Part shown: piece after piece, positions 1 to 9,869 of the stretch
Numbering within the stretch: position 1 is the first letter of the stretch
How the letters are laid out: the number at the start of each line of letters is the position of its first letter
DNA from: Chloroflexota bacterium
GTDB lineage: Bacteria; Chloroflexota; Limnocylindria; QHBO01
Reading direction: 5' to 3'
Length of the DNA stretch: 43,980 nt
Assembly: GCA_024636135.1 (NCBI GenBank)
Contig: JAGXHP010000046.1
Location: 1-43,980 of the forward strand
The notes under the pieces: model-generated
Told to the model about the DNA's origin: nothing
Database searches by the model: none
Seen by the model: only the letters and a program-made list of their open reading frames with translations
Program-made: the position numbers and the translations under genes

Positions 1-242
1 AGGTGGCGCGTCGACTCGTCGGCCTTCATCGCGGCGAGCGTCTCGTAGCCGTCGAGCTCGGGCATGATGACGTCCAGCAGGACGATATCGATGGCGTCGA
101 CGTGTGCCCGCACCAAATCCAGGGCCTCGAGCCCGTTCTCGGCTTCGAGCACCTCCAGGCCGAGTGCGGTCAGCTGACGGGCCAGGACAAGGCGATTGAC
201 GCGACTGTCGTCGACGATGAGCGCGATGCCGGAGTCGGTCAT
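1..242 (-). CDS. Response regulator with a receiver (REC) domain. Only the 5' part is present; the gene runs off the left edge.
   Basis: Minus-strand translation from the ATG at 242 gives [44 protein letters not shown]...IDIVLLDVIMPELDGYETLAAMK. This is the CheY-like DD...D-MPxxDG pattern. It is absent from the ORF track because there is no stop in the window. The ATG overlaps the HPt stop (ATGA, 239-242). Confidence 0.8.
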   Translation of the reverse strand, partial: MTDSGIALIVDDSRVNRLVLARQLTALGLEVLEAENGLEALDLVRAHVDAIDIVLLDVIMPELDGYETLAAMKADESTRH

Positions 243-613
243 GCGCCGCCTTCGGCCACCCAGGCCCGAAGCGCCTCGGATGTGGTGGTCCACTCGTCGT
301 GCACGCGCTTTGCGGCATCTTCCCCGGCGCCAGCCAGCGATCCGCTGCGTGCGGTCAGCTCGAGCTCGCGGGCCGTTGCGGCGAGGCGAGAGGCGCCAAG
401 GGTTGCGCTGCTCGACTTGAGGGTGTGGGCGGGCCGGACGAGTGCTTCGGTATCCCCGGCGGCGACGGCCGCGTCGATTGCTTCGACGTGGCTGGCGCTG
501 TCCGCGAGGTACGCCTCGATCAGCTCGACGACGAAGTCTCGGTCCCCCTCCACGGAGGCCAGGAGCTCGTCAAGCACAGTTGCGTCCAGCGTCGCGCTGT
601 CAGGTTCGCTCAT
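239..613 (-). CDS. Histidine phosphotransfer (HPt) domain protein, 124 aa
   Basis: The motif [18 protein letters not shown] matches the HPt HxxKG/SxxxxxG signature within a predicted helical bundle. The start overlaps the kinase stop (ATGA at 610-613). Confidence 0.85.
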   Translation of the reverse strand: MSEPDSATLDATVLDELLASVEGDRDFVVELIEAYLADSASHVEAIDAAVAAGDTEALVRPAHTLKSSSATLGASRLAATARELELTARSGSLAGAGEDAAKRVHDEWTTTSEALRAWVAEGGA

Positions 614-3600
614 CGGCTCTGTCCCTTCGTTGCTGCGGACGACCTCGGAGCGCGTGCCAGGGCTGCTTGTAGCTCCGCCGGTCGGATCGGCTTGCTGATG
701 TAATCATTCATGCCGGCGGCCAGGCAGGCCTCGCGGTCGCCGGCCATCGCATTGGCCGTCATGGCAATGATCCAGACATCCTGGCCGGGCAGCTCGGCGC
801 GGATGCGGCGCGTTGCTCCAAGCCCGTCGAGCTCTGGCATCTGAACGTCCATCAGCACCACGTCGAAATCCTCGCGCTGCACGGCTTCGAGGGCCTGGAT
901 GCCGTCCTCGGCCAGCTCCGCCACGTAGCTGAATTGCTTCAGCAGGCGTGTCGCAAGCTTCTGGTTCACCGGGTTGTCCTCGGCGAGGAGGATCCGGAGG
1001 GGGTGCCGTTCACCGAGCGGCGACCCATCCGCCTCGACCGGAGCCCGGGCCGGAGTCTCGACCGACGCGCCGAGCAGGATGGTCGCGACGGTGTCATGAA
1101 GCGCGGACGGTTTCACGGGCTTGGCGAGCCAGGCTGAGATCGCGGTGCTCTCGCGGTCTCGAACGCCGATCGACGAGAGGATCACCACCGGAATGTTGCC
1201 GGAACCGTTGTCGCGGACCCGGCTGATCGCCTCCGCCAGCTCCAACCCGTCAAGCTCGGGCATGAGGAGATCGAAGAGGGCGATATCGAAGTGCTGTCCG
1301 CCTTGAATCCATTCGAGCGCGGCGGTCGGGTCGCCCGTTTCCCGAGGAACCATCCCCCACCGTGCCGTCTGCGCCACCAGGATTCGCCGATTCGTCGCAT
1401 TGTCGTCCACGATGAGGACCGATCGCCCGCTGAGATCTGCGTCGATCCTGGTCGGCCGACTGGCAGCCACCGCGTCGTCTGCCGCAACCGGCATGTTGAC
1501 CACGAGGTGGAATGCACTCCCCTCCCCCGCCACCCCGCTGCTCTCCGCCGTGAGCGAGCCGTCCATGAGCTCAGCGAGGCGTCGACTGATCGCGAGGCCG
1601 AGGCCGGTGCCGCCGTACCGTCGGGCAATCGAGGCGTCGACCTGGGTGAAGGATTGGAACAGCTTGCCGATCTTGTCCGCCGGAATGCCGATGCCGGTGT
1701 CACGGACGTCAACGCGCAGCTCGCAGCGGTCCTGGCGACGCCGGCCGTGGGTGGCCACCACGGCTCCACTGACGCTGACGACCACCTCGCCATGTTCGGT
1801 GAACTTCAGCGAGTTGGAGAGCAGGTTGAGAATCACCTGCCGCAGCCGGCCGGCATCGCCGATGAGATTCGCGGGCAGATCGTCGTCGATGGCGTAGATG
1901 AGCTCGAGGCCCTTTGCCGCAGCGGCGGGGGCCAGGATATCCAGCGACGCCTCGATGGCATCGCGGAGCACGAACGGCGTGCTCTCGAGCTCGACGCGAC
2001 CGGCCTCGATCTTCGAGAAGTCCAGCACGTCGTTGATGATCGTGAGCAGGGCGTCGCCCGACGTCCGGATGGTCTCCGCGAAATCGCGCTGCTCGTCATC
2101 CAGCTGGGTGTCGAGCAGCAGGCCACTCATGCCGATCACCGCATTGAGCGGCGTTCGGATCTCGTGGCTCATGGCGGCCAGGAAGCTGCTCTTCGCCTCA
2201 TTCGCCTGTTCGGCGACGGCCTTCGACTCGGTCGCATCGGTGAACAGACGGGCGTTCTGCAAGGCGATCGCCGCCTGCTGGGAGAGGCCGGTCAGGAAGC
2301 TGAGATCGGCGCCCGTGAAGGCATGCTGAACGGTGTCGCGCCACACCGCGAGCACGCCGACCACCTCCCCCTGCACGATGAGGGGTGCGGCCATCAGCCG
2401 TCCGTCCTCGTCGCCTGTTCCGGCAATGTGCTCGGTGCGATCATCGAGCGACGTGCTGTTCACGACTTCCGCGTCGCCGGTGAGGGCAACGGTTCCGATG
2501 ATGCCCTTGCCGCGCGTCACCGGATCGGCCCTGACTTCGTCTGCGATCGCACCGACGGCGATGACGCCCTCGAGCGTCTCACCGTCCTCACGAGGCAGGT
2601 AGAGCGCACTGGTGTCCGCGTCGAGAAGGGTCTGCGCGCGGTTCGCGATCAGCTCGAGGACAACGGACAGCTCGAGCGTGGATGACATCTCGCGGCCCAC
2701 ATCGGCGAGAGCGGCCATCTCCTCGGCCCGGCGGCGCGTCTCGGCATACAGCCGCGCGTTCTGGACGGCCACTCCCACGTTGGCCGCGATGGTGGCGAGC
2801 AGGCGAGCATCGGACTCCGTGAATCTGCCCTCGTGCGTCGTGCTCTGCACACTGATGACCCCGATGGCCCGGTCACCGGTGAGGATGGGAACTCCCAGCC
2901 ACGATTTGGCGAGCGTACCGGTCCCTCGCTGGCCGAGCGTTGCCCAGTCCGCCTCATTGTTGAGCAGCAACGTCTCGCGGCGCTCGATCACGCGCGAGGT
3001 CAGCCCCTCGCCGAGGGTGAGTGGCTCCTGCTCCTGGGTCGCACCTTGTTCGACGTAGTACGGGAAGTCCACGCGGCTCGCCTCTTCGTCGAGGAGCGCC
3101 ACGAACGCGATATCGGCCTCGAAGGCCTCGCGGGCCCGCTCCCCGACCACGGCGAGGAGGGGTCCGACCTCCATCTGCGCGGTGATCGCCTCCCCGATGT
3201 CATTGATCGTGCCGAGCTCCCCGACACGGCGGCGCGTCTCATCGAGCAGGCGCCCCGTCCGCAGCGCGACGCTCAGGCTCGCGGCGATGGTCGTGACCAG
3301 CGAGACGTCCCGCTCGTCGAAGGCGTATTCACGATCGAGGTTCTGGAGAGAGATGGTGCCGAGAATCTCGTCGCCCAGGCCGATCGGCGCGAAGATCGCA
3401 GACCGAGCCGGCTCGCCGAGAAGCTGGGCTGGCTGGCCGAGCTCGCTCGCGCGAGCTTCGAGGTCGTGGCTGACGAGCAGCGGCTCGCGCGTCTCGAGCA
3501 CGTGCTTGCGGAACCCCATGACGGGGATGGGATGGTCCGGTATCCGCACGCCGCGCTCGATGCCGAACGGGAAGTGCATGACTCCCTCGGCCTGGTCGAA

Positions 3601-6531
3601 GATGGCGATGTCCACCACGTGGGTGTCGAAGACGTCGCTTGCCCGCTCCCCAACCAGCTCGTACATCGCCTTGATGTCGAGCTCGGACGCCAGGCCGCGC
3701 TGAATGCTGTTCACGATCGCGAGCTCGCCGGCACGACGCTTTGTCTCGTCAAACAGTCGCGCGTTCTCGAGCGCAACGCTCAGGCTGGCGGCGAGCGTGG
3801 TGATCAGCCGGATGTCCCCATCGCCGAAGGCATCGGTGCGATCCAGGTTCTGGAGTGAGATGCGACCTCGGACTTCGCCACCGGAAATGAGGGGCGCGAT
3901 GAGCAACGCCTTGGCCGGCTCACCCTGGATGGTGGGTATCAACTTCAGACTCTGCTCCCAGGCTGAGACGTCGCTCACGTGGATGACCTGTCGGGTTCGG
4001 ATCACCTCGTCGGTCAGTGGTGATCCGTCGATCGGCGTGGGATCGTCGGGCAGGCGCTCGCCACGCTCGATCGTGTACGGATAGCGCACGAGGCCCGCGT
4101 CGCGATCGATGATCCCGATGTCAACCACCTGTGCGTCGAAGATCTCGCGGATCTTCTCGCCGACCAGCTCGTACATTGCCTGCATCTCGAGGTTCTGGGC
4201 GAGTCCTTCCTGGACGCTGTTGATGATCGCCAGCTCCGCGGCCCGTTCGTCTGTCTCGGTGAGCAGGCGCTTCGTTTCGTCGAACAGCCGCGCGTTCTCG
4301 AGGGCCACGCTCAGGCTTGAGGCGAGGGTCGACAAGAGGCGCACATCGCCATCGGAGAACGCACCTACACGGTCCAGATTCTGGAGAGAGATGCGACCCC
4401 GCACCTCGCCACCGCCCATCAGGGGAGCCATGAGCACGGATCTCGCCGGCTCGCCCTGGTGAACCTGGTTGGCGAGGTCTTCGCCCATCCAGGACATGAC
4501 GTCGTTCAGAAGCACCGGTTGTCGCTGTCGGAGGAGCTCCTGCGTCAGCTTCGAGCCCTCGATCGGCGTTGGTTTGTCCGGGTAGCGGATGCCACGCTCG
4601 ATCGTATACGGATACCGAACCACGCCCGCCTCGTGATCGATCATCCCGATGTCGACCACCTGCGCGTCGAAGATGTCGCGGATCTTGTCACCGACGAGGT
4701 CGTACATGGCCTGCATGTCGAGGTTCTCGGCCAGGCCGCGCTGCACGCTGTTGATGATCGCGAGTTCCGCTGCTCGTTCGTCGGTCTCGGTGAGCAGGCG
4801 CTTCGTTTCGTCGAACAGCCGCGCATTCTCGAGTGCCACGCTCAGGCTCGATGCAAGCGTCGACAGCAGGCGCATGTCCCGCTCCGAGTAGGCATCGGTG
4901 CGGTCGAGGTTTTGAAGCGAGATCCGACCGCGCACGTCGCCGCCGCCCATGAGCGGGGCAAACAGCGCTGATCTCGGGCGCTCGCCCTGCACGATGAGCG
5001 GCAAGGCCTGCTCCTGGGTCCAGGCGTCAAAGTCGCTGATCAGGATCGGCTCTCGCGTGCGAATGAGCTGGTTCGTCGTCGCGGATTCGCCGAGGGCAGT
5101 GGGTTCGTCCGGCAGCCGGACCCCACGTTCGATCGTGTAGGGATAGCGCATGACGCCGGCGTTGGCGTCGATGATCCCGATGTCCACGACCTGGGCGTCG
5201 AAGATCTCCCGGATCTTTTCGCCCACCAGGTCGTACATCGCCTGCATCTCGAGGTTCTCGGCAAGACCCTCCTGGACGCTGTTGATGATGGCAAGTTCGG
5301 CAGCACGCTCGTCCGTCTCGACCAGCAGGCGCCGCGTCTCCTCGAACAGGCGCGCATTCTCGATCGCACCTCCCATGCTCGACGCGAGCGTTGCGAGCAG
5401 GCGTTCGTCGGCCTCGCTGAAAGCATCGGGCTTCTCGTGCTCCAGGTTCACGACCCCGAGCACCCGACCGCTGGCGAGGATCGGGACGCCGAGCCACGAC
5501 ACGCTGCTCTCGTCGTCCCCGGCGTAGCGTGCCACGGTGATCGGGCTATGGGCCGCCATTTCCTCCGCAGAGCCAAGGCGCAGGGGTCGCTGCGTGCGGA
5601 TCACGTGCGAGGTCAACCCCGGGCCGAGCTCGAACGGCTCGACGGGCACTGGCGTGCCTCGGTCGTACGAATATGGGAATGACAGGATGTTGGTCGCGGG
5701 ATCGTAGAGCGAGACGCCGACCGAGTCCGATTCGAAGACCGCCGCGATGCGGTCGCCGACAAGATCGATGATGCCGGCGAAGTCGAGCCTGTTCGCGAGG
5801 CCCAGCCCGATCTCGTTGATGAGCGCGAGCTCCTCGTTGCGCTGGCGCGTCTCCTCGATGGCTCGGACACGTGTCAGGGCCGTAGCAATGTGCTGGGCAA
5901 CGAAGGTCAGGAGCTCCAGGTCCCTGGTGGAGTGACGGCGATCCTCGCGGTAGCTCTGGATGACCACCGCGCCGATCGTCTGTCCCTCGGACCGCAGCGG
6001 CGAGCCCATCCAATCGACGCCGCTGACTCCGAGCATCTCCGCCTCGCCTCGCTCGACGATCTTCTCGTATTCGTCGCGCGTGAGCAGAACGGGCTCTCCC
6101 ATTCGCAGCAGGTATCCGGTCAGGCCGGCAGCCTGCCCAGAGCCAAGGGGTTCCCACCGATTCGGGTCGGGGATGTCGAGGTCGACCTCGTCGCGGTAGA
6201 ACGCGAAGTTGATCGCGTTACGGCGATCGTCGTACAGGGCGATGTAGAAATTGTCGGCGTACATCAGCTCGCCGACAATCCCGTGGATCGCCTCGTAAAA
6301 CGAGGGCATGTCCTGGGCCGCGCTCGCGGTCTCGGCGATGCGGTACAGGGCCGCCTGCATCCGCTCGCCGGACTCGGTCTCCGCGAGTCGCGCCTCGAGC
6401 TCCGCGATCCGCCGCTGTGCCACGGCCAGGTCGTCGCCGACCGTCTCGGATGGGGACGTCTTCCGGGTGGCGGCTATGGAACGACCCTCCTGCAGTTCAC
6501 GGGCGACGGGATTCGGCCGTGCGGCGGACAT
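610..6531 (-). CDS. Soluble hybrid sensor histidine kinase, 1,973 aa: N-terminal coiled coil, about 8 GAF domains, HisKA, HATPase_c, REC, REC
   Basis: - H-box [17 protein letters not shown] (His1456, nt about 2164-2166).
- ATP-lid DTGIGIP...[13 protein letters not shown].
- REC1 LIVDDNATN...[12 protein letters not shown]...LAKP (nt about 1087-1422).
- REC2 [10 protein letters not shown]...[12 protein letters not shown]...MTA...SKP (nt about 652-996).
- GAF array at aa about 60-1430 (nt about 2242-6354), with recurrent ...GVV/ISLQNLD...LL..LA...ALENARLF ends.
- No hydrophobic TM segment seen.
- The start at 6531 is not verified; Met58 is an alternative. Confidence 0.9.
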   Translation of the reverse strand: MSAARPNPVARELQEGRSIAATRKTSPSETVGDDLAVAQRRIAELEARLAETESGERMQAALYRIAETASAAQDMPSFYEAIHGIVGELMYADNFYIALYDDRRNAINFAFYRDEVDLDIPDPNRWEPLGSGQAAGLTGYLLRMGEPVLLTRDEYEKIVERGEAEMLGVSGVDWMGSPLRSEGQTIGAVVIQSYREDRRHSTRDLELLTFVAQHIATALTRVRAIEETRQRNEELALINEIGLGLANRLDFAGIIDLVGDRIAAVFESDSVGVSLYDPATNILSFPYSYDRGTPVPVEPFELGPGLTSHVIRTQRPLRLGSAEEMAAHSPITVARYAGDDESSVSWLGVPILASGRVLGVVNLEHEKPDAFSEADERLLATLASSMGGAIENARLFEETRRLLVETDERAAELAIINSVQEGLAENLEMQAMYDLVGEKIREIFDAQVVDIGIIDANAGVMRYPYTIERGVRLPDEPTALGESATTNQLIRTREPILISDFDAWTQEQALPLIVQGERPRSALFAPLMGGGDVRGRISLQNLDRTDAYSERDMRLLSTLASSLSVALENARLFDETKRLLTETDERAAELAIINSVQRGLAENLDMQAMYDLVGDKIRDIFDAQVVDIGMIDHEAGVVRYPYTIERGIRYPDKPTPIEGSKLTQELLRQRQPVLLNDVMSWMGEDLANQVHQGEPARSVLMAPLMGGGEVRGRISLQNLDRVGAFSDGDVRLLSTLASSLSVALENARLFDETKRLLTETDERAAELAIINSVQEGLAQNLEMQAMYELVGEKIREIFDAQVVDIGIIDRDAGLVRYPYTIERGERLPDDPTPIDGSPLTDEVIRTRQVIHVSDVSAWEQSLKLIPTIQGEPAKALLIAPLISGGEVRGRISLQNLDRTDAFGDGDIRLITTLAASLSVALENARLFDETKRRAGELAIVNSIQRGLASELDIKAMYELVGERASDVFDTHVVDIAIFDQAEGVMHFPFGIERGVRIPDHPIPVMGFRKHVLETREPLLVSHDLEARASELGQPAQLLGEPARSAIFAPIGLGDEILGTISLQNLDREYAFDERDVSLVTTIAASLSVALRTGRLLDETRRRVGELGTINDIGEAITAQMEVGPLLAVVGERAREAFEADIAFVALLDEEASRVDFPYYVEQGATQEQEPLTLGEGLTSRVIERRETLLLNNEADWATLGQRGTGTLAKSWLGVPILTGDRAIGVISVQSTTHEGRFTESDARLLATIAANVGVAVQNARLYAETRRRAEEMAALADVGREMSSTLELSVVLELIANRAQTLLDADTSALYLPREDGETLEGVIAVGAIADEVRADPVTRGKGIIGTVALTGDAEVVNSTSLDDRTEHIAGTGDEDGRLMAAPLIVQGEVVGVLAVWRDTVQHAFTGADLSFLTGLSQQAAIALQNARLFTDATESKAVAEQANEAKSSFLAAMSHEIRTPLNAVIGMSGLLLDTQLDDEQRDFAETIRTSGDALLTIINDVLDFSKIEAGRVELESTPFVLRDAIEASLDILAPAAAAKGLELIYAIDDDLPANLIGDAGRLRQVILNLLSNSLKFTEHGEVVVSVSGAVVATHGRRRQDRCELRVDVRDTGIGIPADKIGKLFQSFTQVDASIARRYGGTGLGLAISRRLAELMDGSLTAESSGVAGEGSAFHLVVNMPVAADDAVAASRPTRIDADLSGRSVLIVDDNATNRRILVAQTARWGMVPRETGDPTAALEWIQGGQHFDIALFDLLMPELDGLELAEAISRVRDNGSGNIPVVILSSIGVRDRESTAISAWLAKPVKPSALHDTVATILLGASVETPARAPVEADGSPLGERHPLRILLAEDNPVNQKLATRLLKQFSYVAELAEDGIQALEAVQREDFDVVLMDVQMPELDGLGATRRIRAELPGQDVWIIAMTANAMAGDREACLAAGMNDYISKPIRPAELQAALARAPRSSAATKGQSR
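3244..5343 (-). repeat. In-frame tandem repeat inside the kinase. Three 531-bp (177-aa) GAF units lie at 4813-5343, 4282-4812 and 3751-4281. A diverged 507-bp fourth unit lies at 3244-3750.
   Basis: The ENARLF boundary motif recurs at aa 391, 568, 745 and 922, an exact 177-aa period. The string ctcggtgagcaggcgcttcgtttcgtcgaacagccgcgc is read identically at about 4255-4293 and about 4786-4824. Confidence 0.85.
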
Positions 6532-6630
6532 TGTGCGCGAAGCACGAGGCGGCGTCGAGAGATATTCGCCCGGCGCCGACGGCGGCCAGCGCGCGGCCTG
6601 GGCCGCGGAAACCGCATTTGTCCGCCCCGC

Positions 6631-7635
6631 TCACTCCTCGGCGGCTCGCGCGTCGGATTCCACGACCGTCGTCGGCGCGCCGTGCACGGCCGGAATGCTC
6701 CCCAGGCGTCCCGCCTGATAGTCCTCGAACGCCTGCATGACCTCTTCGCGGGTGTTCATCACGAACGGTCCCGCCCATGCGACGGGTTCGCGGATCGGCC
6801 GTCCGCCGAGCACGAGAACGTCGAGGTTCGGCGTCCGGCTATCGGGGTTGGCTGTTGCGGCGATGCGCACCGCGTTCCCGGGCCCGAACACCGCCAGCTG
6901 GCCTGCTTCGATCTCGATCCGGTCCGGGCCGACGGTGCCGCGTCCACCGAGGACGTAGACCAGCGCGTTGTAGTCAGCCCGCCATGGCAGGTCGACCGTC
7001 GCGTCGGGGCTGAGCGTCGCGTGGACCAGCGTCATCGGCGTGGACGTCGAGCCCGGCCCGGTATAGCCGGCGAGCTCGCCGGCAATCACCCGGACCAGCG
7101 CACCGCCATCGGCGGAGGCAAGAAGGCCAACCTCACCGGCGCGGATGTCCTGGTAGCGCGGCGGCGACCACTTCTGTGCCGCGGGCAGGTTGACCCACAG
7201 CTGGATGCCGTGGAACAGCCCGCCGCTCACCACCAGCGCCTCCGGCGGCTTCTCGATGTGGAGGATCCCCGCGCCCGCAGTCATCCACTGGGTGTCCCCG
7301 TTCGTGATCACTCCCCCGCCTCCGTTCGAGTCGCTGTGCTCGAACGTGCCGTCCATCATGTAGGTCACGGTTTCGAACCCGCGATGCGGGTGCCACGGCG
7401 TGCCCTTCGGCTCCCCCGGGGCGTATTCGACCTCTCCCATCTGGTCCATGTGGATGAACGGGTCGAGGCTCGCCAGGTCCACGCCGTGGAACGCGCGGCG
7501 CACTGGGAACCCTTCGCCTTCGAAGCCGCGCGGCGCGAGGGTCCGGCTGATCACACCACGTGCCCGCGCGGTCGCCGGGTCCGGAAGCGGGATACGGGGA
7601 AGGACGGTGATGTCGTCGACGGTGATGGCAGGCAT
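6631..7635 (-). CDS. Pirin family protein (bicupin), 334 aa
   Basis: Contains FPVRRAF...DPFIHMDQMG...HPHRGFETVTYMMDG...TQWMTAGAGILHIE, the pirin metal-site pattern. I chose the ATG at 7635 (MPAITVDD). The 70-aa extension in the track ORF (to 7845) overlaps the upstream remnant and is Arg/Pro-rich noise. Confidence 0.85.
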   Translation of the reverse strand: MPAITVDDITVLPRIPLPDPATARARGVISRTLAPRGFEGEGFPVRRAFHGVDLASLDPFIHMDQMGEVEYAPGEPKGTPWHPHRGFETVTYMMDGTFEHSDSNGGGGVITNGDTQWMTAGAGILHIEKPPEALVVSGGLFHGIQLWVNLPAAQKWSPPRYQDIRAGEVGLLASADGGALVRVIAGELAGYTGPGSTSTPMTLVHATLSPDATVDLPWRADYNALVYVLGGRGTVGPDRIEIEAGQLAVFGPGNAVRIAATANPDSRTPNLDVLVLGGRPIREPVAWAGPFVMNTREEVMQAFEDYQAGRLGSIPAVHGAPTTVVESDARAAEE

Positions 7636-7652
7636 GAGGTGAGTGTAGCAGA

Positions 7653-7670
7653 TAGTTGCGAGTGCAACTA
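7653..7670. promoter_or_regulatory. Perfect 7-bp inverted repeat TAGTTGC-gagt-GCAACTA, 18 nt upstream of the pirin start. It could be an operator or a small terminator hairpin.
   Basis: Read directly from the sequence. It is a locally AT-richer patch in a GC-rich genome and overlaps the stop (7668-7670) of the methyltransferase remnant. Confidence 0.25.
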
Positions 7671-8077
7671 GCGCCCGCCACTCCCGCGGTAGAAGAATGG
7701 CTTCTCGGCGTGGACCGATACGGACCAGGCAAGGGCCAGGAGGCGGCGCTCGAGGTCGTCCGGGCGCCATAGCACCTTCACCGCCCGATGCCGGGTGCCG
7801 TCGAGCAGGGTCCGCCACACGAGATCCCGACGCTTGTCGGCCCACTCCTCGTGTCGATCGAGGTTGTCAGCCTCATCGACGAAGAACACGCGCCCATCGG
7901 GCGCCAGCAGCCCGGCCACAACGTCCCAGAAGTCCTCGAAGCGACTCCTCGGGACGTGGAAGAGGAAGAATCCGAAGAAGACCACGTCCCATGCGTGGGT
8001 CGCCTCGAGCGTGAAGGCATCGGCCTGTAGTACGTCACCTGCTCCTCGAGGACGCCACGCTCGTCCGGTCCGCTCAT
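7668..8077 (-). pseudogene. Remnant of a class I SAM-dependent methyltransferase. An internal out-of-frame deletion removes the SAM-binding motif I region.
   Basis: - An N-terminal frame starts at the ATG at 8077 (MSGPDERGVLEEQVTYY).
- A second frame, 1 nt shifted from about 8027, encodes a typical post-motif-I methyltransferase C-half: QADAFTLEATHAWDVVFFGFFLFHVPRSRFEDFWDVVAGLLAPDGRVFFVDE.
- No GxGxG segment exists in either frame.
- The C-half frame has no plausible start after 8077. Confidence 0.5.
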
Positions 8078-8454
8078 CAGCGACGTTCGGCTGGCACCCC
8101 GAGCGTGACTGCGGCCGCAACCGTGGCGGTGGCAAGGGCCATCGCCTGCCCCGTGGTCAGCGCCGCGTCCCCGGCGAAGAGGGCCGTCGCGGCGCTCGGA
8201 ATCGCGCCGAGCACCACCGGGACCAGGGTCCAGCCGAGCACGAGCACGGTCGGGGCGGTCGCACCGGGGAGCCGCAGCATGCGGGTCGCGACCGCCGTGA
8301 GCACGCCGAGGAAGGCGGCAAGGAGGAGGATCAGGATGAGCGCGGGCTGATCGCGCGCTCCCGATGCCTCGACCAGGCCCACGACCCCCTGGTAGGCGAT
8401 CGCGACCGCAATCGCCAGGACGGCACCCAGAACGGCGGAGCGAGCGCCGATCAC
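8077..8454 (-). CDS. Small hydrophobic membrane protein of unknown function (125 aa, about 4 TM segments)
   Basis: The GTG at 8454 overlaps the murC stop (GTGA). The sequence VIGARSAVLGAVLAIAVAIAY...LILILLLAAFLGVLTAVA...VLVLGWTLVPVVLGAI... is strongly hydrophobic. The upstream part of the 236-aa track ORF is antisense-like Arg/Gly noise inside murC. Confidence 0.6.
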   Translation of the reverse strand: MIGARSAVLGAVLAIAVAIAYQGVVGLVEASGARDQPALILILLLAAFLGVLTAVATRMLRLPGATAPTVLVLGWTLVPVVLGAIPSAATALFAGDAALTTGQAMALATATVAAAVTLGVPAERR

Positions 8455-9869
8455 GTGTGGGCCTCCCGCAGGCGCTCGGCCAGGCCGCGCGCGATCCGGT
8501 ACGACTTGCCGGCCCCCATCACCAGCACCGCATCGCGTGCGCCAAGGTGCTCGGCCACGTAGGTCGTCGTCGCGTCGACGTCGCCGGTGGCGATGGCCGG
8601 GACGGCCGAGATGCGCTCGACGGCATCGGCAAGTGCCTCGGCGCTGGTCGACGCCATCGCCTCGGGGGTGTCCCGGCTGGCGAAGATGTCGGCGATGACC
8701 ACCTCGTCCGCATCGGCGAAGGCGGTGGAGAAGTCGTCCATCAGCAGGGCGGTCCGCGAGTACATGTGCGGCTCGAACACGGCCCACAGCCGGCGGTCCG
8801 CGCCGACCTTCTGACGTGCCGCGGCGAGCGCGGCGCGGATCTCAGTCGGGTGATGCCCGTAGTCGTCGTAGATCGTCACGCCGCCAGTATCGGCGATGAG
8901 CTCCATGCGTCGTCCGGCGCCGGCGAATGTCGCCAGGCCTTCGGAGAGCGCGTCGAGATCGGCCCCGAGGGCTCGCGCCAGCACGATGGCGGCGGTCGCG
9001 TTCATGACGTTGTGGCTGCCCGCCAAGCCCATCCTGAACCGATGGTCGAACAGGGTGAAAGCCGTTCCTTCCGGTGTGGCTTCGATCTCCGAGGCCGTGA
9101 TGTCGCCGCCCGGCCCGTAGCGGATGATGCGGCCGTCCCACCCGCCCAGGCGTCGAACGAGGTCGGTCGCGCCCGGATCGTCGGCCGCGATGACGAGGCG
9201 TCGTCCGTTGAGCGCCGGATGCGATCCCATCCCCCGCACGAAGCGCTCGAAGGAATCGAGCACGGCGTCGCGATCGGCGAAGTGATCCGGGTGGTCCATC
9301 TCGACGTTCGTCACGATGGCACCCGCGGGATGGTAGTTGAGGAAGTTGTCGCCGAATTCGTCGGCCTCGACCACGAACGGAGCCCCGGAACCCGCGCGGA
9401 CGGAGGCGCCCCATGCTCCGATGAAGGCTCCGACCTCCACGGTCGGATCGAGGCCCGCGCTGATCAGCAGGTGACCGAGGAGCGCCGTGGTGGTTGACTT
9501 GCCATGCGTCCCGGTGACACCGAGGCCGATCCGCCCGGGTGCGGACTGCAGCTCGCCGAGCAGGGCCTGCCAGGGAACGACGGGGATGCCGCGACTGTTG
9601 GCCGCGGTCAGCTCCGGATGGTCGGGCACGGCGCGCAGCGCGGGCGAGATGGCGACTCGCGTCACCCCGACGAGGTGGTCCGGGTCGTGGCCGATCGCGT
9701 ACCGAATGCCGGCAGCGTCGAGCGGAGGCGTGTACGGCGACGGGGCGTCGAGGTCGCAGCCATCGACGTCAACTCCCGCGTGGTGCAGCAGGACGGCCGT
9801 TCCCGCGGCCCCTGAACCAGCGATGCCGATGATGTGAATGCGCTCGCCAGGTTCCGGCATGCCGGTCAC
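8451..9869 (-). CDS. murC: UDP-N-acetylmuramate--L-alanine ligase
   Basis: Contains HIIGIAGSGAAG (N-terminal Rossmann), GVTGTHGKSTTT (P-loop), VVEADEFGDNFL...IVTNVEMDHPDHF, GRRMEL and YDDYGHHPTEI (MurC-type rather than Mpl-type). The GTG start overlaps the upstream stop. Confidence 0.9.
   Translation of the reverse strand: MTGMPEPGERIHIIGIAGSGAAGTAVLLHHAGVDVDGCDLDAPSPYTPPLDAAGIRYAIGHDPDHLVGVTRVAISPALRAVPDHPELTAANSRGIPVVPWQALLGELQSAPGRIGLGVTGTHGKSTTTALLGHLLISAGLDPTVEVGAFIGAWGASVRAGSGAPFVVEADEFGDNFLNYHPAGAIVTNVEMDHPDHFADRDAVLDSFERFVRGMGSHPALNGRRLVIAADDPGATDLVRRLGGWDGRIIRYGPGGDITASEIEATPEGTAFTLFDHRFRMGLAGSHNVMNATAAIVLARALGADLDALSEGLATFAGAGRRMELIADTGGVTIYDDYGHHPTEIRAALAAARQKVGADRRLWAVFEPHMYSRTALLMDDFSTAFADADEVVIADIFASRDTPEAMASTSAEALADAVERISAVPAIATGDVDATTTYVAEHLGARDAVLVMGAGKSYRIARGLAERLREAHT

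Noticed and set aside
3244-5343. Regularly spaced repeats that could suggest a CRISPR array or a satellite.
   Set aside because: The period is 531 bp, the repeats are in frame inside one long ORF, and they encode GAF domains. There are no short repeat/spacer units.
7668-8135. 155-aa ORF treated as an intact small gene.
   Set aside because: Its first ~35 codons overlap the upstream membrane-protein gene and look like noise. The recognisable part is only the C-half of a methyltransferase, and the genuine coupled start (8077) is in another frame. It is therefore called a pseudogene instead.
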